64,000 nt of DNA from Salpingoeca rosetta (lineage: Eukaryota > Protista > Choanoflagellata): assembly GCA_033442325.1 (NCBI GenBank), contig JAWQFM010000018.1:330536-394535 (forward strand). Reading direction: 5' to 3'. Each line of letters starts with the position of its first letter. The first letter of the stretch is position 1. The translations under genes were made by a program, and so were the position numbers. Below the pieces are notes generated by a model. It worked only from the letters and a program-made list of their open reading frames with translations. It was not told the DNA's origin and ran no database searches. Positions 16,526-30,405 of the stretch are shown piece by piece.

Positions 16526-17965
16526 CTACTGGTCCAAGGCCGCGTGCAAGCACTGCGGGAAAAAGCGTTGGAGGACGGTGGAAGGTGGCTGTTCGGAGTA
16601 TTCAGCGGCTTTGTCAAGCAGGAGGTAGTGGCGTGCGTTGACGGAGAAATACGCCCACGTGCTGCGTGCAGGTGCGGTGTCCACAACAGACTCCACCTCC
16701 ACAAACATGCGCTGGGACGTACTGTACGCATACAGGCTCAGCTTCAAGTCAGGAACGTCACCGATGCTGTGGCCCGCTATCGGTACAGCGAGCAGTAACG
16801 ACAGTACACCGTCGATTGTCGCAAAGCTTGCCGAGGATGCAGCCGGCAGCCGCTGATGTTCGCGGTATGAGGCCTTGGTCACAAACAGCAGCTCACTGTA
16901 GCGCCCGCTCTTGGTGGCGATGAGGAAAATGCCCTCGTCGCCAGCGTCGGTCGTGTGCGGCGTATGGGCGATGGAGGTGATGTTACCGCCAATGTCAAGT
17001 GGCGGTCGCTGTGCCAGATCTTGTGCTCCTGACTCCGAAGCAAACAGGTAAACGGCATCGATGGTTGCCACAACAAGCGTTGGATCCCCGCCGAGGGTGG
17101 TTGCCTCCATACGCTGGATGAGAGACATAACCGGCAGTGTTTGGAGCGACGCACCGATGCTATACACGAGTGCTGCAACTCGGTCGACTCTGGCAAACAC
17201 AACAAACGGAAGCTCCACGGCATCAGCGTGTGGCAGCACCACGGCGTCAACAGCGGAGCTCGAGGGCTCCATCCCTGGGTACGAGGTTGGGTCAATTTGA
17301 AAACCCGATGAACCTTGCAGGGGCTGTCCGAGGAGGTACACGACGTTTTGGGCAAGTGATTTGGGGCGAACTAGGAATGGTTGACCATTTGGTGGGTTGT
17401 AGAATGTCCACCTTGCCGCTGAGGGACCCTCGTGTAAAATGGTGTTGATGGGCTCAAGAGATCCAAGTGACGAAACAGCGCCTGGATCAGTGAGGTTGTA
17501 GATGTAGCTCAGTGGGGAGCTGGCACTGACGGTGATCAGGTATACGTTGCCTTCAAGGGTGAAGAGGGTGCTGCGCGTTTCGTCAAAGCGACCAGGTTCA
17601 AGCCGCCGCCGCAAGCTCAGCCCTTTCTGATCGCACAGCGCCTGTGTGAGGGACGTCAGTTGGCGCTGCTGTTCCGCCACGGTCGCCTGCAAGCTGGTGA
17701 TGGTCTGGACAACATCCACGTGGTTCAGGAGCACGTTTCCTCCATCTGGTGCGCGCAGCAGCACATTGCCTTGTCCATCAACCACGAGCGCAGCCCTTGT
17801 CGTTGCGTTGCCACTGATGGCACCCTCAGTCTCAGAGATGGCGGTCACCACCGCTGGCACGGCAAGGAGGTGCAGCGCCGTGATCGCCACCAACACAACA
17901 CGGACAGGCAGGTGGGTGTTTCCAATTGCGCGCGTGTGCGCGTTTGGCTGGTGCTGATGCATCAT
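16526..17965 (-). CDS. Single-exon secreted protein: cubilin-N-terminal-like segment, coiled coil and EAR/EPTP-like beta-propeller repeats
   Basis: Uninterrupted 479-aa ORF. Signal-like 'VVLVAITALHLLAVPAVVTA', then 'DGQGNVLLRAPDGGNVLLNHVDV' and a heptad coil. C-terminal repeats such as 'SLYAYSTSQRMFVEVESVVDTAPARSTWAYFSVNARHYLLL' resemble EAR repeats. Confidence 0.75.
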   Translation of the reverse strand: MMHQHQPNAHTRAIGNTHLPVRVVLVAITALHLLAVPAVVTAISETEGAISGNATTRAALVVDGQGNVLLRAPDGGNVLLNHVDVVQTITSLQATVAEQQRQLTSLTQALCDQKGLSLRRRLEPGRFDETRSTLFTLEGNVYLITVSASSPLSYIYNLTDPGAVSSLGSLEPINTILHEGPSAARWTFYNPPNGQPFLVRPKSLAQNVVYLLGQPLQGSSGFQIDPTSYPGMEPSSSAVDAVVLPHADAVELPFVVFARVDRVAALVYSIGASLQTLPVMSLIQRMEATTLGGDPTLVVATIDAVYLFASESGAQDLAQRPPLDIGGNITSIAHTPHTTDAGDEGIFLIATKSGRYSELLFVTKASYREHQRLPAASSASFATIDGVLSLLLAVPIAGHSIGDVPDLKLSLYAYSTSQRMFVEVESVVDTAPARSTWAYFSVNARHYLLLDKAAEYSEQPPSTVLQRFFPQCLHAALDQ

Positions 17966-18258
17966 TGGTTGTTGTTGTTGTTGTTGCTTGCAGGCAACGG
18001 AAATCTAGTTGAAAATGCACACGAATTTTCCGCGTCTGCTTGACTTGTCCTCTTTGCTTCTTCGTGTTCTCCCACTCTGTTCTCGTCCTCTCACTCTGTT
18101 TTGCTGTGTTGCTGTGTGCATGTGTATTTCGCGCTTGCTTGCAACACCGTCCGCCCCCACACCCATGCACACCATTTCTATGCCTCCGCGCCCATCATAA
18201 GTAAGTCATCATAAGCCATGTGACATGACACAACGTATTACACCCAAATCACAACACG

Positions 18259-19654
18259 TTATGATGCTGCTGCGTCGAGGGTGACGACAAGGTCGGGTGG
18301 TGGTGCATGTGCAAGCGACGGTTCTTGTTCCGGTTCAAACTTCATCATCGCCATCAGGTCTTCCACAAACGCGTGCAGCTGCTCCTCGCCAGCGAGGGTC
18401 ACGCCCACCTTCGCGCGCTCCCTGTCCGCCAGCAAGTGCGCCGCCAACGACAGGTCTTCAAGCCCGCACATGAAGCGAATCCACTCTGCGCTCTCGCTGT
18501 TGCTGCGTCGCTGCGCGCGTGGCACAGCCATCAGCTCGCGCACGTGTGTTTGCGCGGCTGCCGTGAGCGAGGCGTGCGCACGGGCAATGCCGGCTAACAC
18601 ATCCGCGTCACGCTCCGGCACAAACAGCCGCAATGATGATGATGATGATGATGACGTTGGTGGCGACGACAACGACGACGACGATGTTAGGGGCGGCGGG
18701 GAAGACGAGGGCTCGGGTTGTGATTGCAATGATCGCGATGACTGCGGTGGTTGTGACGTTGTGGGCACGGTTGTGGTGGTTGAACCAGATGTAGTGTCGT
18801 TAGATGATGCATCCACGCTCATGCTGTTGCCGCTGGGGCCAGCGTCGCCACTGTGCTCTTCACCTTGGCCATCACCGCTGCCGTCCTCTGCGTCGTCGCC
18901 AATCCAGAGCCGGTCTGGAATCTGCCGGTGCAGGTACTGCAGGCAGCTTTCCAGCAGCTCCTCGTGGTACGGAAACCGAATCAGCGCGTGCCCTGCATCT
19001 GTTCCGGTGCCCGTTGATGGGCCAGGGGTTGTTGAGGAAGAGGTGGCCACGGCGGTCGTTGTTCTGACGCTTGAGTTTGCGTCTGTGCTACTGCTGCCGC
19101 TGCTGCCGGTGCCGCTGGTGTCCGTGTCTGTGCCTGTGGCTGCGGTTGTGTCCGTGTCTGTGCCTGTGGTCGCGTGTGTTGTGCTTGAAGCCGTGGTCTT
19201 TGGGACGAGAAAGGACCGCACGAGTCGCGTGGTGGGGGTTTGGAACACAATGTGCACGCGGGCAAACGAGTCGTGGCTGTGGTGGAGGGCAAGGTGGCGC
19301 GCGCAGAGCAGATTTGCCACGCGATCGTAGAGGGAGAGGCAGGTGACGGTGGGGATGATCGTCTCCGCTTCGTCAAGGTAGTCCCTGAAGATGGACCTGA
19401 TTTTTTTTGGGGGGGGGGGTTGTTGTTGACAGCCACACACTCCACGGGTGAGGCATGGAGAGGCGGCGGGGAGGAGATGCAGGAGCAAGGTGGAATCATC
19501 ATGGATAGAGGCACTCAGCGAAGCACAGATGCAGGCCGGAAACACGGAACTCAAACCACAAGAACGCAGGCTGGCGGGCACACAGGCAGGCAGGTAGGCA
19601 GATGACACGGACAGGCAGACAGAAGGAGAGAGATACAGCAAGGCAGAGAGACAA

Positions 19655-19689
<35 letters not shown>

Positions 19690-19802
19690 CACACACACAC
19701 ACAAGCACACACACACACACACACACACACACGCAAGCACACACACACACACACACACAAGCACACACACACACACACACAAGCACACACACACACACAC
19801 AC

Positions 19803-19875
<73 letters not shown>

Positions 19876-20278
19876 GCAAACGCAAGCGCGGACCTGGAGA
19901 TCCAGAGGGAGATGGTGCCGAGCTCGTCGTCAATGCGGCCCTGCGTGTCCTTGAAGCAGTCGATGAGGTGGCGAGCAACGGCAGCGAGCGGCGCCGTGCG
20001 TGACTGTATCATTTCGTGCTTGAAGAAGCGGCTCAGCGAGAGGATGATGGCCTCTGGATCCGCAGTCCCCTCCGCATCAAGGTGGTTCCTTGTTGTGTGG
20101 TGACACAACAGCAGAGGAGGAGGATGTGGTGGTGAGTGGGGGGGGGGAGATGGTGGCGGCAGGGGATTGGGCAACACTTGAGCCGTTGAAGCACTCGCCC
20201 ACACGCAGACAGATAGGCAGACACACACACAGATAGACAGACACACACACAGACAGGCAGACAGACAGACAGACAGGC

Positions 20279-20311
<33 letters not shown>

Positions 20312-20939
20312 CACGCACATACACACACAACGCGAGCATACGTAAGGAAGACGCGTTGGAGGCGCAAGCTCCAGTGTCTGCGTTGTGCGAGCTGGTGCAG
20401 CCCATCGTTCATCACCGCTTCAGCACCTGGTGATTGTGGTCGGACAGCGGTGGCGACGGGGAGCGGGTGAGATACGGCGATACGAAGATAAGGCAGCTGA
20501 TGTGAAAACAAGCGTACACTTACTCTGACACACACACGCACACACAGACACAGACACACCCACGCTCATATATACACACACAGACACAGACACAGACACA
20601 GACATACACACAGACACCCACATCCAACCACTCACACACAACGAGCGTGCTTACTTGATCCATCAAGGGTGATGCCTGCCTCGTCATCGTCGTCTTCATC
20701 ACGACCACGACTATGAATGACAGTGGCAAAAGCAGCCTTGAGAATGGAGACGGCATCCGGCCGCTCCCGCAGCAGCTCGCACCGCGTCACCAGCACCTGG
20801 TGGAGAGGTGGAGGGGTGGGAATGAGCGAGGTGAAGTGCGGACCGACGGGATGTGAAGACAGGCAAATGGACAAAACACACAGACAGACACGCACACACG
20901 TACACACCGGCACAGACACACACGCACACACATAGACAT

Positions 20940-20979
<40 letters not shown>

Positions 20980-22108
20980 GCACAGACACACACAGACACA
21001 GACACACACACACAGGTATCCTCTGACAACTGACCAGGACGCGTGTGCCTGGTGGCAGCTCTGTGTTGAGGTAATCGATGCGCGCTGCCAAGCGATGGAG
21101 CACGGACGAATCATCCAGCAGGTGCTGGCCGTTGACAAAGTACACAATCTGGATGGATGGTGGTGATGGCGGGTGTTGTGAGTATGGGGCCCTGGAGAGG
21201 GTGAGATTGACGTGTGGAGTGAGTTCCTATTGGGTCAATCACGATCTGACAGACACAGACAGATAGAGACAGACAGAGAGGCAGACAGAGAGAGACAGAC
21301 AGACACACAGACACAGACACACAGACACACAGACACAGACACACACACATATGTGTTTCGACCTGCTGGCACGTCTTGAGGGTCTGCCTGGACTTTGCGA
21401 CGATGGTCTCGATGGCGGGGTGGCCGGCGCTGTTTGGCGTCATGAGCCGATCAAGGTGGTCCCCGCCAAACTCAATGAACTTCAGGGCAAAGTAAATGGT
21501 GTCCTGAGGTACATGACGCACACACGCATAGGGTGGTGTTGTGATGGTTGTTGCAGTGGGCTCTTGTTAAGAGTTACAGCAGCAGCGTAGCAGAGTGCAG
21601 AGAGCAGCGTAGCAGAGCACAACAGCAGCATACATCAACGGAGTGTGCACCTGGGGCGCCTCCGTCACCAATTTGGGGTCCAGCTCGTACTCCGTGACGA
21701 AAAACGCAAAGTCATCGGCCGTCAGCACAATGTTGGCGTGGCCCAAATCCGTATCCTACGCGCATATGTGAGTGCACATGAGCGTGTGTGCGTGTGTATG
21801 TGTGTGCACGTGGTAAGCTGCCAACAGTTTTTGGTTCACGTCAAAGTGCGAGTTTGTGTCTGTGTGCCAGCGAACGGACCAAGAAGCGTCCTTCATCCCG
21901 GGGTGGTGTTGGATCGTCCTGAATGGTAGAAAGACAGCAGCAAGCGAGCACATGTTGGATGGTGAGTGTTTGACATGCAGCCACGCATCAACGCACACGC
22001 GTGTGTGTCCAAACACAAGCACACCCACACCCACACCCACACCCACACCCACACACACGCACACACCCACACCCACACACCACACACACACACCACACCC
22101 ACACACAC

Positions 22109-22170
<62 letters not shown>

Positions 22171-22812
22171 CCCGTACGGGGGCGAGGAAGCGGGAGTTCA
22201 CAAAGGAGCTGGAGAGGATGGGGAGGATGGAGAGCAGCTGCAAGTGCTTGGGGCTCTCCTCGTCCGTGAATGCATGCAGAAACGTCGACTTGCCCGCGTT
22301 CTGATCCCCAGTCAACATGAACGTAAACACCTGCACGGAGACAGACAAATAACATGTGTGTGCGCGCGTGTGCGTGTGTATGTGTTTGTTTGTGTTTGTG
22401 TATGTGTATGTGTGTGCGCGCGTATGTGTGTGTGTGTGCGTGCGTGTGTGTGCGTGTGTATGTGTATGTGTATGTGTGTATGTGTGTATGTGTATGTGTG
22501 TTTGTGTGTGTCCCGAAACGCGCAGTTCGCAGATCTCCCAAGGAGCCACATGCAGTCGTGCGCACCAACGTGCCCGAGGAGAACGAGGAGGCAAATGGGC
22601 TTTCCAGCTCAATCACTTCCTCTGGTGAAGCGAATGATTGTGTGTGTGTGTGTGTTATGAGAATGAAACGGTGAATGCGTGTGTGTGTGTGACGTTGGCA
22701 ACAGCAGGATGAGACATCTGGAAACACGGGTACAGGTACAAGTGTGCGCACAGTTTCGCACGCAGACACACATACACATAGGCGTACACGTATGCACCCA
22801 CACATGACACAT

Positions 22813-22844
<32 letters not shown>

Positions 22845-23000
22845 ATGAAGGCGGTCAAGGTGTCGCCAGGTGCTCTGCTGGTGATAGCCCAGCTCGCTGC
22901 GCCACTCTTCCATCGTTGTTGCCAGTGTTGCTTGATTGCCGATTATTGCTTGAAATGATTCGCCATTTTTCGTTAACCACTGCCGCGAGTCCTGCTGCAT
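18259..23000 (-). CDS. Uncharacterised protein with divergent P-loop GTPase-like N-terminal domain (~10 exons)
   Basis: Spliced 'VFTFMLTGDQNAGKSTFLHAF' (Walker A), 'RFL|DTDLGHANIV', 'LKFIEFGGDHLD' (G3-like), 'IVYFVN', 'VLVTRCE'. Low-complexity C-terminal exon ends at 18259. Start ATG at 23000 is tentative. Confidence 0.7.
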
Positions 23001-23103
23001 TGTCAGCGAACACCACCACACACGTTCACACCACACCACACCACGTTCACACACACTCCTGTGTCACAGGCCTGAGCTTGCTGACGCCAGTGGCCTGTTG
23101 GAG

Positions 23104-25526
23104 ATGGAGAGGAGATCGTACGGGAGTAGGGGGGGCGGGTATGGCGGGAGCAGAGGTGGCGGGTATGGTGGCGGTCGTGGCGGTCGTGGCGGTCGTGGTG
23201 GCGGTCGCGGTGGTTGGCGGTATTCGTCGTCCGCGGAGTACGGTTCCGCAGAGCATTCACACGGCCAGCGTGCGCGGCACTTGGCCTCGTCACACTCCAA
23301 GAGCGGGTTTGGAAAACAGAAACGCGAGCTTCAGAAACACCACACCGTCAATCACTACAGCGCAATCGTCCAACACCTTGAGGTGTGTTTGGGCGTGTGG
23401 CAGTGTTCGACCTGGTATTTGCTGTTGGTCTCGTGTTGCGGGCACAGTGCTTGTGACAAATGCTGGTTGTTGTTGTTGTTGTTGTTGTCGCATGTGTGTG
23501 TGTGTGTGTGTGTGTGCGTGTGTGTGTGTGTGTGTGCGGATGCACCGACATTGCTTAATCCAAAGCTCTCCTAATTCTGGGCACATCGACATACTGCATA
23601 TCCTCGAAGTTCACCATCCTTGCCTCCTCCCTCCCCCAACGCTTGCATATTTCGACCATCTTTGGCGCATACAAGGATCGAGTGGTGCAGCCTGAGGACG
23701 ACATGCCGCCCGCGCTGCAGCCCCATCCGGCATTCACACGCTTTGTACGGTGACAGTGTGTGCATGTTTGTACTTGCTTTACACCGTGTAATGCTTGTTG
23801 GCTTTTGTGGTTGAACCATTAGCAGGTCGTGTGAACCCACTTCCCCCCCCCCACGCTGTTCCTCACTCCGCATCCATCTCGTCGTGCGTCCACGCGGCAC
23901 TTGTGGCGAAATCATCAGATGAGGCCACCCACGGAGATGACACAGAACCCGGCAAACGCCATCACCAAAGATTGCGTGCGCCGGTTGCGCCCGAAAGGCG
24001 AAGCCATCAACTCCATCGCGTGGTGCTGCGAGGTGTGTGTGCCGTGTGTGTGAGTGTGGGTGTGTGTGCGTATGTGTGGGTGTGTGTGCGTATGTGTGAG
24101 TGTGTGTGTGCGCGTATGTGTGAGTGTGTGTATGATTGTGTACACATGTGTGTGCCGTGTGAGTGTGTATGTGTGCAGTACTGTGCATTGCATGGCTACC
24201 TTCCAAACCGTGGCCGTGTCACTAACAAAGGCGCGAATGTATTGCCACTGTGTGTGTGTGTGTGTGCCCGCCTGCCTGGCTGCCAATTCCTTCCCTATGA
24301 TGGTGCAGTGGACGCCCGATGGCCGTCGTCTCATCTCCGGGCACTCCAGCGGCCATCTCATCATGTGGTACTCGTCAACATTCCACTTTGAAACAATTGT
24401 CGAGGTGAGCCGTGCGGTGTGGACCTCACGTGTGTGCTGTGGGCGTAAAAGCAGATTGTGCTCTTGTGAAGCGCGTGTATGTGTGCGTGTGCGCGCGTAT
24501 GTGTGCATGTGTAGACAATTGTGTGCTCATATATGTGTGTGCGTTCGGCCGCATGCTTACAAATCCATGTGCGTCCTCGCCCCCGTGTGCCCACCGCCTC
24601 CGCTGCTGCGTCGCGCCAGGTCGGCAGCGGTATCCGCTCACTCAAGTGGAACAAGGACGGCACATGGATGCTCACGGTGCGCAATTGCCGGCGGGAGTGA
24701 CCGCGGACGCGGTCGTGGTGACGGAGGTTGCCGAAGTGGTGGAGACAACGGATGGGGTGGCGGTGATCGGCGAAGAAGCACGTGTTGTGCGTGCGTACAT
24801 TGTCGAGCCGGAACACTTTCTATACTTCATACACACACTCTCTCTCTCTTCACACACACACACAAACACACACACACACACTCTCTCTCTCTCTCTCTCT
24901 TCACACACACACACACATACACGCTTCATACACACGCATACCTTTCTGACCTCATCGACTTCACTGCATGCATGCGCTCGTGCGTGCGTGTGTGTGTGTG
25001 TGTGTCAGGGCGATGATGAGGGCCGGATTAAGTACTGGCAGGTCACCATCAAGAACGTGTGCGAATTCAAACCCCACAAGAATCCCATTCGCCAAATCGA
25101 GTCAGTTTGGCAGAGTTGGTGATGTGCTGGCACGTGTGCGTCTGGATGCCATGGGCTTGCCGCAACATTCTTGCACGCTGTTCCCTTGCATTGATGCGCA
25201 TGTTCACACCACCTTGCTCTCTCGCTCTCTCGCTCTCTCGCTCTCTCGCTCACAAAACATACACACCACACACAACACCACACGCCAACAGTTTTTCTCC
25301 AAACAACCGCAAGTTCTGCACGTGCTCCGACGATAGCACCGTGCGTGTGTTTGACTTTGAGACGTTCAGCGAGGACCGCGTCCTGCGCGGGCACGGCGCT
25401 GATGTGCGCACTGTGGCGTGGCACCCCATGCTCTCCCTCATTGCATCCGGCAGCCACGACAACCAGCAGCCGCTCAAGCTGTGGGACCCGCGGGCCGGCG
25501 AGAACCTCGCCACCCTGTACGATGGC

Positions 25527-25560
<34 letters not shown>

Positions 25561-26431
25561 GTGGTGATGATGATGATGAGGGCTGTGTTGTGTTGTCGTG
25601 TGCGTGTTTGTATGTGTGTGTATTTGTGTGTTGCGTGATGATGCGTTGTGTTGCGTGTGCGACGTGGTGGATTGTTCACCGCAAACATCCTTGAATTCAC
25701 GCCATACCTCCTTCCTGTCCAGGTACAACGTGCACCGGGACTCTGTGACGAATGTCAAGTGGAGTCCAGACGGCAACGCTCTTCTCTCCGCATCCCGTGA
25801 CTCCCTGGTGAGGATTACTGCTGCTGCTGCTGCTGCCGATGGTGGTGGTGGTGGTGGCGGTGGTGGTGGTGGTGATGATGATGATGATGACGATCATGAT
25901 GATGATGTTGATTGACAAAACCTCACTCAGTATGTGTGTGCTGGCTCATTGCAGATTAAGCTGTATGACATTCGAATGATGAAAGAGGTGCACACCTACC
26001 GCGCCCACCGCAAGGAAGTCAACTGTAAGTCATCAATACAATCGCACACACACACACACACACACTACACCTATAACCACACGCTTTTGCACGTGCGGTC
26101 CTTGTATCGTTGTTGTCCAAAGTGGCATCGTCGCAGTCACTCACCATCCGTGCTACACCACCTACCACTTGCAAACGATCACCACCTCACCACCACCACC
26201 ACCACCAGCACTGGCGTGGCATCCGCTGTATGAGGACATGTTTGTGAGCGGCGGCGCTGACGGCGATCTCCACTTCTGGCTCCAAGGGTCCGCACACGCA
26301 CATACACACACACACACACACACACATACACGCACACACCACAGGGGAAAGGGATCTGGTTCACTGATGGTCGTACTAATGGTGGTGGTATTGGTGAAAT
26401 GCTGGCGCGTGTGAAGTCCATACTCGCGACG

Positions 26432-26511
<80 letters not shown>

Positions 26512-26775
26512 TACACAGGACGGAAACGCCGATTGGGTCGATGGAGCGTGCGCACGAGGCGCACATCTGGGATCTGTCGTGGCACCCGCTGGGACACGTG
26601 CTCGCATCGTCCTCCAATGACCAGTCGCTCAAGGTGCGCAGGTGATGGAGGAAGGGAAGGGAAGGGAGGGAAGGGAGGATTGGCGATTGTGGGCATGGGA
26701 AATGTGATCAAGTGTCAGGCATTCAGGCAGCCATGCTCCAACTGCTACACTTGCTCACACACATTCACACACATA

Positions 26776-26850
<75 letters not shown>

Positions 26851-27265
26851 GCACAAACACACGCACATACGAACACACAAACACATGCACGCGACAGTGC
26901 TGGGCGCGCAACCTGCCTGGAGATGACATGGTGTACAACGATGTGGCGGAGAACATCCTCACGGATGAAGTGCGGCAGCACCGCGAGGACCGCACCAGGG
27001 CCCTCATCGAAGGTGCGATGGCGCGCGTGTGTGGATGTGGACGTGTGTGTGTGTATGTGTGATGTGTGTGTTATTCTCCTGACCACCACAATGTTTGTGC
27101 TTGTCTCATATTGCGCTTCGACCTGCGACACTTCATTTTGCGACAGGGGAGGGTCTGCCGACGACGGAACGGGCACAAGCGCCAATGACGGCAGCCATGC
27201 CCCACGCCATGCCGGCGCCTTCAAAGCCATCGTCCGCCTACACCTCCCTGCCCGGCCTTAACTGA
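23104..27265 (+). CDS. WDR33: Pre-mRNA 3'-end processing WD40 protein WDR33/Pfs2
   Basis: '[32 protein letters not shown]', '[11 protein letters not shown]', '[22 protein letters not shown]...[35 protein letters not shown]', '[20 protein letters not shown]', '[24 protein letters not shown]'. RGG-rich N-terminus. Confidence 0.93.
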
Positions 27266-27431
27266 CACACGCTGCTGCTGCTGTTGCTGTCGTGCTGCTG
27301 CTATGTCGTGATCTTGTTCGGACTGGTATCAGTAAATTGCAGAATGCAAGGGCGAGCGACACAAGAGTGAGCGAGTGAGGCATGCAAGGGGAGCAAGCGA
27401 CAAATTATACAAGAGCGAGCAAGTGAGGTCC

Positions 27432-27471
<40 letters not shown>

Positions 27472-27801
27472 GCACAACAACACGCACGTACGATTGTTGT
27501 AGGGAGTTTTTGGGCAATTTTCCAGCCAAACAGCTGCAGACGACGACAAGCAAGACGAACAAGACGAGCAAGACGAAAGGGTGTGTTTGTTTGGGTGTGT
27601 GTGTGCGTGCTTCATGGCTTCTGTCCTTCGTTTTGCGCGCGAGCATGCATACGTGATACATGTGTGTGGTGGTCGTCGTCATCCTTTGCCTGCTTTATCC
27701 TTCCATTTCCACTCGACGCGCGTTGTGGCACTTGCCGCTCACTGCTGGGATTCCACTTTGTTTCACGTTGCAGGAGGTGCGCTTTTTGAGCTCGTGCCAC
27801 A

Positions 27802-28994
27802 ATGAACGGCAGCGTCATGAACGAGGAAGGCGCGGCCGAGATGCTGCGGCGCTTGGCAGACGGTGAGGTGGTGGTGCGGCAAACAGGGACAGCAACGTGG
27901 CTGCTCGGCAGCATTGATCCCACCACTTTCGCTGCAACGGCCCCAGGGGCGCCTTCCCTGCGCGATTTGCAGGACGCGCCGTCCGAGCTTGTCGAGACAT
28001 TGCAGCAGCGACTGCAGGAGCTGACGCACGGCGTGGACTTCACTCAATTGGGTCTTGGCGACGCAGTGCAGGCGCACCCACCACCGCCCGCCACAGCACA
28101 AACCAATGACAGCGCAACATCAGCATCAGCATCAGCGTCGGCGTCAGACAACTCCAGAGGCAAAACAGGCGCGAAAGCAACGGACAAAGGTAAAGCACAG
28201 CAGGACCAGCAGCAACACAAGGCGAACAAAGGTGGCTCTGATCAACAACAGCCGGCAGCGACAGTGGCAGACGCAAAGCAATCAGCGTCGCCACCGCCGC
28301 CAGGGTCATCCACACCAGCTTTGGCTGCCGGTGCTTCGCAAACTGCATCGGGACCCACCAACATGGACGCAGCAGACCCGCTCCCGCCCGCTGTGTACTC
28401 GCTCTCACCAGAGGATGATGGCATGCGCGTGTTCCTGTACAATGAGCCCATCACAAACGACCCATCCTGCAAGCCGGTGTGTGTGTGTGTCTACGGTTAC
28501 CAGCGAAGCGCTGTCGCGCATGCATGCATGCATGCACGCATGCACGCATTTGTGCACGTGTTGTCTTGTTGTCTTTCGTCTTGTGGTCGCTGTCCACGTT
28601 TCGTGCAACCACACACAGTGATGTACACCGTGCATTCAAGCACTCACATACATTTGCTCCATCTCGCACGCACGCTCACTCTCCATTGCGTGCTGTCCTG
28701 TCTGTATTGGCGCAGCCCCCACCCTGTGGCTGCATCACGGAGCCGTGCCTCAACTGCGGCCGCGAACTCTGCGAGCCAGGTAACACCCGCCAAACATGGC
28801 ATTGGCAGGGAAACGAGAAACATGTGTTGGCCATCATATCCGTCGTGGTGGAAGCTCCGACACTCCGCTCACCTGCTGTGGACGTTTTGTGTTGCACCAC
28901 CCACGCGTCATCCACACACTACTCACACGCACACACATACATGCACACGCACACACACACACGCACACACACGCACACGCACACACACACACAC

Positions 28995-29080
<86 letters not shown>

Positions 29081-30314
29081 TGTCCGAATGCGGCTGAGCT
29101 CGGACACTTTGTGGACGTGTGCGAGAACGGGTGCACGCGCGTGGAGTGCACAGAGTGCGGCAGCGAGAGCAATTTCCGCGTGTGCGCATACTGCGACACG
29201 TCGACATGCACGGGCTGCTACGACCCGCTGGACGATTTTCCGCTTGTGGAGCCGTGCGAGGACCGCGTGAACATCAGCTTCTACTCGTGCGACGAGTGCC
29301 AGCACACCATCTGCGCAACGTGCTGGTGGATTGAGGCCCAGGACGAACAGGAGGTGATTGCGCGGTGCGGGCGGTGCGCGAAGCTGCTGTGCTACAAGTG
29401 CCGCCAACGCAACGACACCAACGGCTACCAGACGATCATGCCAGAGTGCTGGGAGTGCGGCAAGAGCTTCTGTGAGGACTGCAAGTCGCAGTGCTTTGTC
29501 GTCTGCCAGAAGAAGGGGCAGGGCACCATCTGTGATTTTGTGTGCATTGACTGCCGCGGGCATGCGTGTCGCAAGTGCAACCAGGTGCTTGACAGGCAGG
29601 CGCGTGCGAAGCTCCACGCCAAGCAGAAGGCGCGCAGCAAAGCGCTCACAGAGGGCAAGGTCCGCATCTACGCCCCCGCGTTTGGGCGCCACCGCTCGCA
29701 GGTGGCGTCCAGCCTTGGCGAGGCAGCAGCCAAGCGCCGTGGTGGCGGCGGCAGTGGTAATGGTGGCAGTGGCAGTGGTCACGGTGGCGGTGGTGGCGGT
29801 GGTCACGGGGACGTACCGCGATCAGAGGCGCAGCACCAGCGGGAATTGGCGGCACAGGCGGCGCTGGCAGAGGCACAGGCAGAGGCGCTGATTCGAGAGG
29901 AGCAGGCAGCCAAGCAGCGGGCAGCGCGACGCAAGGCAAAGAAGAAGGGCGGTGGGAAGAAGAAGAAGGGGGGTGGTGGTGGTGGTGCGAATGGTGGTGA
30001 TGAGAGGAAGGAGAAGGAGAAGGAAGGCAGTGTGAGCGGTGACAAAGGCAAGGGTAAGAAGGAAGGGAAGAAGGGTGGGAAGCAGAGCGGAGGCAAGGCG
30101 GAGGCAAAGAACCGGCAATCATCATCGTCGCCACCAGCAGCAGACGCAGCTGCTGGCAGTGAGGGCAAGAAGCAGGCGAAGAAGGCGAACGCCAATGCAG
30201 CCGCACCAACACAGGAGAAGCAGCAGAAGCAGGACGGGGGTGACAGCAACGGCAGCAGCAACGGCAGAGCAGCGGCCGCAGACGGCGGCAAGAAGAAACA
30301 GCAGCAGCAACATC

Positions 30315-30405
<91 letters not shown>

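Noticed and set aside
17982-17997. GTTGCTTGCAGGCAAC as an RFX X-box
   Set aside because: Half-site spacing is too long and it abuts a (GTT)n repeat.
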